Positions 26,110 through 33,882 of a stretch of 33,882 bases of DNA are shown here, in pieces. The position numbers and the translations under genes were made by a program. How positions within the stretch are numbered: position 1 is the stretch's first letter; each line of letters starts with the position of its first letter. The notes beneath the pieces are model-generated. The model was given only the letters and a program-made list of their open reading frames with translations, searched no databases and was not told where the DNA came from. The DNA is from Conidiobolus incongruus B7586 (taxonomy: Eukaryota), in NCBI GenBank assembly GCA_000697335.1, contig JNEM01013540.1, forward strand, positions 1-33,882, written 5' to 3'.

Positions 26110-29100
26110 ATGATTACCAATTTATTTCGATACATTTCCATGATTAATATTTGGTATGTATTAATATCATCTATACTTGCTGGTGATGTTGATATACACC
26201 ATACTGATTTTGATAAAAACCCTTCCAAATTCATATATTTTGACAAAACAGATGTAATATTTATTATAAACCATTATTCCAATATTTGATCTAAATTTAA
26301 CATAGACTCTACTCTATCTTGAATCCAGCACTAAAAAGCTATTCATATCAGAAGATGAAGGAAAGTCATGGAAGAAAATAACCGATGTAGAAGAGGGCAA
26401 AGCTGATGGAATTTATAAACATCCATTTGACTCCAATAAGGTAAATGAAGGTTATTTGCACTGGATAATTATTTATCTAATTTAATTCAAGGCTATTGTT
26501 ACAACCTCAGGGACAACTCATTATATAACAGAAGATAAAGCTAAAACTTGGACGAAATTTGAAACTGAATATCCTCCAGCTTGGGATTCTTCAGTATTCT
26601 CTTTTCATGCCCAGAGACCTGGATTTGTCATTTACCTCTCCTCAGATTGCACTAATTCCAATGGCTCTTGCGTTGATAAAGCATACTATACCGAAGACTT
26701 TTTCAAAACCAAGCCAAAATTATTATTAAGTAATATCTCAACCTGTGTTTGGGGAAGGTCCACGACGCAATTAACATCAGTTCCAAACCAAAGCATATTC
26801 TGTATTTGGGGAGGAGAACAAAAGTCCAAGGATGTAGCCAGCGTTATTAAAGAGTCCAAGTTAGTCCATTCCGAAAATTTCTTCCAAAATGATAAGACAC
26901 TAATTGACTTTGATTTTGATGGAGTTCCCGATGGTGGTGTTATTGGAATCACCATTTCCGAAAAGTTCATTATTGCTGCAGTGGTAAAGACCTTACTCAT
27001 TTGATGAATAATATAACAAGGTATTAAAACTGAGATTTTTTTAGAAGAGAGATGTTGCATCTGAGGAGTTAACGCTTTTTGTTTCCCAAGAAGGAAAAAT
27101 ATGGGCTGAGGTAAGTATTGGCACTGATATATTCGCACTTTTAATTGATACATTTTTTACAATAGGCTCACATCCCAGATCATAAGAGTTTAAAGCATAA
27201 TGTAATTATAATCTAGAGTTGCGTGACTTGATTCTAATTATTTTTATTAGGCTTTCACAGTTCTTGAATCAACTTCATTTTCGCTAACACTGGACGTTGT
27301 CTTTAGCAGCAGTGATAAGTTTGGCACTCTCTACTTGTCCAATTCTAATGGAACATACTTTACTACTTCTTTATTGCACACCAATCGCGATAGCTCAGGC
27401 ATTGTAGATGTGGAACGTATTCCAGGCACATTAGGGACCATGATTGCCAACACTGTGAGCAATTGGGAGGAAATTCAACGTACAAACCCTAATCTAGACA
27501 AAAAATTGCAAACTCAAATCAGCTATAACAATGGTAATGCTAATTCAATACAATCATTGGGTTTTGTAAATTCATTGATTTTATAGGTGCCAAATGGAAC
27601 TATTTACCTGCTCCTTCTAAAGATTGCAGTGGCAAAGCATATTCTTGTTCAGATAGCAAAAATAAGGTATATCTCTTCTTCTCTATTTTATTTGTTATTT
27701 AACTTTGATTAGGAACAAGACTGTTCATTACATCTGCACTCAATCACTGCTCCCCATAACTTGGGTCGAATGTTTTCTGCTTCTTCCACACCTGGATTTT
27801 TGATTGGCGTAGGTAATGTTGGCCATCATCTTGAGCATTATGACGAGGGCGATACTTTCTTAAGCAAGGATAATGGTAGAACTTGGACTTGTGCTAGAGA
27901 AGGGCCCCATAAATACGCTCTCCTTGACATGGGAACTACGATTGCTCTTATTAAGGATGCTAAAAAGACTAATAAGTTAATTTATAGCTCAGATATGGGC
28001 AACAGCTGGAAAGAAAAAGATCTTGGGATGAATATCCGACCCCTCTTTTTAACCACTCAATCGGATTCCACATCCCAAGTTGGATTACTTTTAGGTCAAA
28101 AAGAAGATAAAAAGCACGTGCTACTTCAGTTAGACTTTACAAAGCTGTTTGATCGCAAGTGCGATATCAACAAGGATAATCCACAGGATTCAAAGGATTA
28201 TGAATTATGGAAGCCAAAGTATAGCACTTCCAACTCCAAAGCATGCGTGATGGGAGCTGAAACAGAGTACTACAGGAGGAAACCTGATGCAAATTGCTAT
28301 ATCGGAGACAAATATGGCTCACCCATCACCAAATCCACAGATTGTCCATGCACGGAAGACGATTATGAGTGTGATTATGAGTATATTGAAGATAAAGATG
28401 GCAAGTGCGTATTAAAGGGTAAAGAGCTGATTCCCAAAGGCTCTTGTCTCAATAATGAAAAGAAATATTTTGGATCTTCCGGATATCGTCTTATTCCTGG
28501 AAATACATGTAATATGGATCATAAAGAATCCAAAATCATGAATGAGCCAGTTGAAAAGGACTGTTCGGAGGGAATTCAACAAAGTAATGGAACGAATCCA
28601 GAAATCTATCACACTCGCACCCAGATGCAGTATAATATCCTGAGCCATTTTTACTTTGAATCTAGCGAAGCTATATTGATTCTGACTCATAAGGGTGAAA
28701 TCTTCTCCAGTTTGGATGGAGGTCTTTCGTGGTCTTTGCGATTTACCAAAGATGTGCTAAGTATTCACAGACACCCATATGCCAAAGATCGTGCGTACGT
28801 TTTACTTAAAGATAAAGGAATGTTAGTAACCAAAGATCGCGGGCTTACATTCCAAGAAGTGAAGCTACCAGAGTTGCCAAATAATTTGAAATTAACTCAA
28901 CTCGAGTTTAGCCCCATATATAAGGATTACATTATATTCATTGGTAGCAATGCTTGTCCTAATTGCATTGCCAAGGCATATATTTCAACTGACAATGGCA
29001 AAACATGGAAGCATTTATTAGATTATGCGCACCAGTGTACTTTTGGTAGAGATGGATTTTCTCCCAAGCATGATTCGGTGTTCTGCTCTCGATTCACAGT

Positions 29101-32100
29101 CAAAGATTCCAGAACTGACCAAATGAACCTGGAAAACAACCATCAAAGCCCTTCTGTTCCGCTGGAGCTAGTAGTCATCAGTGATGGCAATTCCAAGCAG
29201 ATACTGAACAATGTGGGAGAATTTCATGTTGTTTCTGATTATTTACTTGTTTATCAGAAAACCGACAAAGCGAGGTTACTGGTATCGAAAGATGGTCTCA
29301 ACTTTTCTCCCGCATCGTTCCCTCCTGATCTCATTCTGAATCATGATTCCTTCGCCATCCTCGACTCTTCCATCGGCTTAGGCCGCATACCATTAACCTT
29401 GCTCAAGGTGCCTGTCATTGGCGAAGATCGCCCTACGTTTGGCGATAGTTCGTACCCAATTGGCTCCCTATTTATATCCAACTCCAATGCTACCTTCTAT
29501 AGCTTGTCTCTTCCGAATATCCGCTCTAACTCCAAGGGATTGGTCGACGCCGAATCGGTATATGGCTTAACCGGTGCGTTGATTGCGAACCAGATGACTG
29601 CCATTACAACTGATGGAGAAGCGAAGGCCAAGACCTCGATCTCCTTTGATAATGGAGGTTCATGGTACCCCATTGCTGCTCCAAAGCAAGATATGAATGG
29701 AAAAGCTTATGAATGTCTCAAAGACAAATGCTCACTCCACCTTCATACATTTTTTGACAAAAAGCAGACGATGGGCTCGTTTGGAACTCCTAACTCCCAA
29801 GGCTATATTATTGGGGTTGGTAATGTTGGCCACAACTTATTGAGCTATGAAGACAGCAGTACTTTCCTTAGCAAGGACGGTGGTGTGACCTGGAAGGAAA
29901 TTCGTAAGGCAGAGAGTTTGTATGCGATCGGAGACTCTGGTAGCATTTTAGTAATGGTAGATGATGAAGGCCCGACAAAGGATATTATTTATAGCTTAGA
30001 CGGAGGATCTACTTGGAAGCTGTATAATTTTAGCAAGGATCCAGTTAGAGTGACTTCTCTCCTCACAGCACCATCTGGCCAGTCGTTAAAATTCACAATT
30101 ATTGGATTTGGAACTCAAGTCAACAATCCCAAGACTATCGGAAGCCTCAAGAATGAATTAATCACAATCGACTTTTCCAAGGTTTTGAAAACAGAATGCA
30201 AAATGGATTCCAGCGACTCTGCATCTGATTTTGAAACATGGACACCCTCCCGTCCTACCCTTAAATTTAACAAAGATGATCAGCCTACTCTTGGCCAAAC
30301 CACCTGTTTGTTAGGCCAAGAAAACACTTATCACAGGAAGAAACCTGATCGCTTATGTTATCTTGGAAACTCCACTGAGCTCATGCACAAGACTTCCAAA
30401 GTGTGTGAGTGCACTGAACTGGATTACGAGTGCGATGTGGGATACTGGCGATCGGATATGAACCATGGCCAGTGTGTTTTATTTGGTAAAGATCCCTCGC
30501 GGCCAGTAAATTGCAAGATCGGCGACAAGTACAAATCTAACTCAGGCTATCGCAAGATTTCCTCGAGCACGTGCAAAGGAGGAGTCGATCTTACCCAGCC
30601 CGTCGAACGTGTTTGTGGACAAATTAACGGGGTTAACTCGAAAATGACCAAGTTTGACTCTTCCTTATCCGAGTACTTTTTCTTTAGAGAGTCCCAGACT
30701 TTAGTGGTTCATTTGGATAACGGGCAAGTAGTCATTAGTCAGAATGAGGGCTTGACTTGGACAAACCCATTTAAAGACAAAGTAGACAGAATTGCTGCAA
30801 TCTTCCACCATTCTTTTATTGATGACTCTGCCTACTTCCTCACCACTTCTAAAACCCATTACTTCACTCATGATGAACTGCGAACCGTGACCCCTATGAA
30901 CACTCCAACTGAACCCAATACCCTAGGTATTCAGGCGTTTGCATTCCACCCTGAGGAATCTAGTTGGATTATTTTCCATGGCATGCGAGATTGTGAGTCT
31001 AAATCTAGCAACAGCTGCCATGTCGAAGCGTTTGTCAGCCAAAATAATGGTGCAGACTGGAAATCGATTGGAAAGTATGTTCGCAACTGCCAGTGGGCTA
31101 GAACCAAGAAATTTAATCATCCCTCTAAGCAGGCCATCTATTGTGAAAAGTACAAGCAGCAGTCAGGCAACCAGCGCTCGTTAGTCGGTGTTCCTTTGAG
31201 CTTGCTTGAAAGTGACAGTTTATTTGATTCCAGCAACTTACTATTCGACAACATTTCTGGGCTATCTATTTTCCATGAATATCTAGTAGTGGCCACACCT
31301 GGAGAACGCTACAATACCATTCAGTTGCAAACATCTACAGACGGCAAGAAGTTTACAGCAGCCAAATATCCTCCAAATATTGGCAACGCACACCAAGGTT
31401 TCACGGTCCTAGAGTCCGACACCCACTCGCTCTTCCTCCACATTACTACCAATGCCAATATCAAGGAAGAGACAGGCATCATTCTCACTTCCAACACTAA
31501 TGGCACCCATTTTGTCACTTCTCTGGATAATGTCAATCGCGATTCGCAAGGCTTAGTAGACTTTGAAAAAATGGCTGGCATTGAAGGTATTGCCATTGCC
31601 AACCAGATTGCTAACCCAGATGAGCTCAAGCTCACCAAGAAGAAAAAGATCATTTCCAAAATCACCTTCAATAACGGTGCAAAATGGAAACTGATTTCTC
31701 CTCCATCCCGTGACATTGATGGCAATTCGTATTCCTGCAAAGGTGACACTTGTGGTTTGCATCTTCATAGCTTTACCCGACTCTCGGACCCCGAGAACAT
31801 CTTTAGCTCATCCACCTCTGTTGGTATGATGATCGGCATCGGAAATGTAGGTAGCGAACTATTTGACTACAACAGTGCAAATACTTTCCTTACTCGAGAT
31901 GCTGGACTCACTTGGACCCAAATTCGTAAAGGCCCCCATCGTTTCGAATTTGGCGACCAAGGCGCCATCCTAGTACTTGTTGACGATACCAAAGCAGTTG
32001 ATTCAATTGTGTATACCTTTGACCAAGGTCTTACCTTCCATACCATCAAGCTCAATCCCGAGTCTAGCGCCAAATATCGTATCACCGAGGTCACCACAGA

Positions 32101-33213
32101 ACCTCAGTCCACGAGTCAGAAGTTTGTACTCTTTGGCTATAGAGAGGGCAATTCAAGGGAGTTGATTGCCTTTCATTTTGATTTTTCTGGGCTTCATGAT
32201 CGTCAATGTGTTTCTGACATCAACGATCCTAATACAGACTTCGAAAAATGGACACCTAGTTCCAATACCGCATCCAACTGTCTTTTTGGACGCCAAGTAA
32301 AGCATCTATTTGATTTTCCAACCAGCTAACTAATCAAATTTAGGTTGAATACTATCGAAGAATTAGAGATCGCAAATGTTACATTGGTAACAAATTCCAA
32401 GATCCTCCTAAGACCATTGTGAACTGTCCCTGTACCATGGAAGATTTCGAATGTGATTTTAACTTTGAAAGGAATAAAGATGGTAAATGCGAATTGATCC
32501 CAGGCACTTTGCCGTTGAAAACAACTTGCGACAAGAATGAACAAACTTATACCATTTCATCAGGGTAAATTACTTACCACTTAATAATATGGTTTACTGA
32601 CTATTGTTTAGATATAAGAAGCTGGCCATTTCTTCTTGTGAAGGAGGATATGATTATGCTCGTCCAAAAGAAGAATATTGTCCAGGTATATACATCATCT
32701 TGTATTACAATGATTATATATTAATTAAGTTTAAAGGAAAAGGTGGACTATCAGGATGGGCGATCTTCTTTATTGTCTTCTTTTCCATGCTTGTATTGGT
32801 TTTCTTTTCATACATCATTGTCAAGCAGAATAGAGCTCCTATCAAATGGTATGATTTGTATTCTTTTGTACTATCCTATTTAGCTAACTTTTTTTAGGTC
32901 CAAAGTATCGCGCATCCTTATACCATACTTGTGCTTTATTCCACTCATGATCATGAGCTTGATTCCTTCTGGAGGAGCTGGTGGCTTCCTTCAAAAACTC
33001 AAACATAAGATCAGAGGCTCGCAAGGATACGTGCCAGTTGCCCAATATGACTATGATGATGATGAAAATGGCTCAGTTCTTGGGTTGCAATTAGAAGATT
33101 ATAATGTAGGATATGTGGATGAGGATCCATTTGAAACGGTTGAAGGTGAAGATGAAGAATTACAAGAATTTGAAATCTCGGAAAATCACGATGATGAAAA
33201 TTCTCTTATTTAA
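26110..33213 (+). CDS. VPS10: Vacuolar sorting receptor Vps10/Pep1 (sortilin family), about 2180 aa, 12 exons, three Vps10 domains
   Basis: Exons 26110-26253, 26306-26440, 26492-26983, 27045-27110, 27166-27201, 27251-27533, 27587-27666, 27713-32296, 32344-32564, 32612-32685, 32737-32848, 32898-33213; total 6543 nt with an open frame. Signal-peptide-like N-terminus (alternative ATG at 26140), many BNR/Asp-box motifs (SxDxGxTW), three LHLH...GVGNVG-type blocks, three Cys-rich 10CC modules, TM segment WAIFFIVFFSMLVLVFFSYIIV and an acidic tail. Confidence 0.95.
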
Positions 33214-33882
33214 TAATTAAAATTTATTTCACTTATTTAATAATCTTCAGTTCATTTCTATATAATAAAATTGCTATAATGTATCATTTGACTATGATCA
33301 ATTCAACCAGTATATGATGGATTTTTTTATTTTAATATCATTTTTAATCCAATATAATTGATAAAATAATAATATACTATTATATTGAAATAGATAAAAT
33401 ATTAGATTATGATGATATTTTACCTAATATCATTGAATATTGATTAAATTAATGTTCTTTTATTCATAAATTTAAAGTCTCCTTAAAATTTAGACAAATT
33501 GATATTTAATTTAATTTACAAAAACCTACTTATACTTGAAAAATCATTATTTTATGAAAATCCAGAAATATACCATTGATAATGTAAATTATATTTTTAA
33601 TATTTTTTTCATTTTGTTCATCTACAATATATGCAGTAGAAAAAGAAATTTTAAATAAATGCTTTACATTAGAGACTAATATGAAATAATATTCATGTAA
33701 ATTCTAACAAATAATTCTTTGAATATACTATTTAAAATATCATAATAAATTTGATTCTATAATAATATAAAACATATTTTGCACAAATTTTCATTAATAA
33801 TTCAAGCATTTTAATATTGAACATCAACACAATATATCAAATGTTCTAAATTGTACATTAAATATAAATACATTAAATATAA

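Noticed and set aside
13033..32544. Short antisense or alternate-frame ORFs overlapping bZIP-2, NOG1, the CTL gene and VPS10 (e.g. 19416-19745, 26686-27153, 31321-31749)
   Set aside because: They are shadows of real coding exons with no independent motifs. Several other track ORFs are true exons running on into introns.
1..33882. tRNA, rRNA, CRISPR arrays, intact transposase or reverse transcriptase genes, non-canonical splice sites
   Set aside because: None was seen. All 28 introns in NOG1, the CTL gene and VPS10 are GT-AG and 46-65 nt long.

Overview
AT-rich eukaryotic genomic DNA, most likely from an early-diverging fungus. This is an inference from the 46-65 nt GT-AG introns, the very AT-rich spacers and the fungal-type proteins. 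Five protein genes are well supported: two intronless tandem ATF/CREB-type bZIP genes (6579-7478 and 12605-13282), NOG1 (6 exons, 18219-20424, 642 aa), a 13-exon choline-transporter-like (CTL/SLC44/Pns1 family) gene on the minus strand (24290-21868, 594 aa), and a 12-exon VPS10 gene (26110-33213, about 2180 aa) with three Vps10 domains. A small orphan gene may lie head-to-head with NOG1. The most interesting feature not explained by any ORF is a non-coding island at about 465-856. By hand it folds on the minus strand into a long nested rod with many G-U pairs, starts with a fungal SRP-like Alu motif, lacks a canonical SRP helix 8, and is closed by a perfect 14-bp inverted repeat. CRE-like ATGANNTCAT palindromes cluster upstream of the two bZIP genes. 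All exon structures, folds and motif counts were done by eye.
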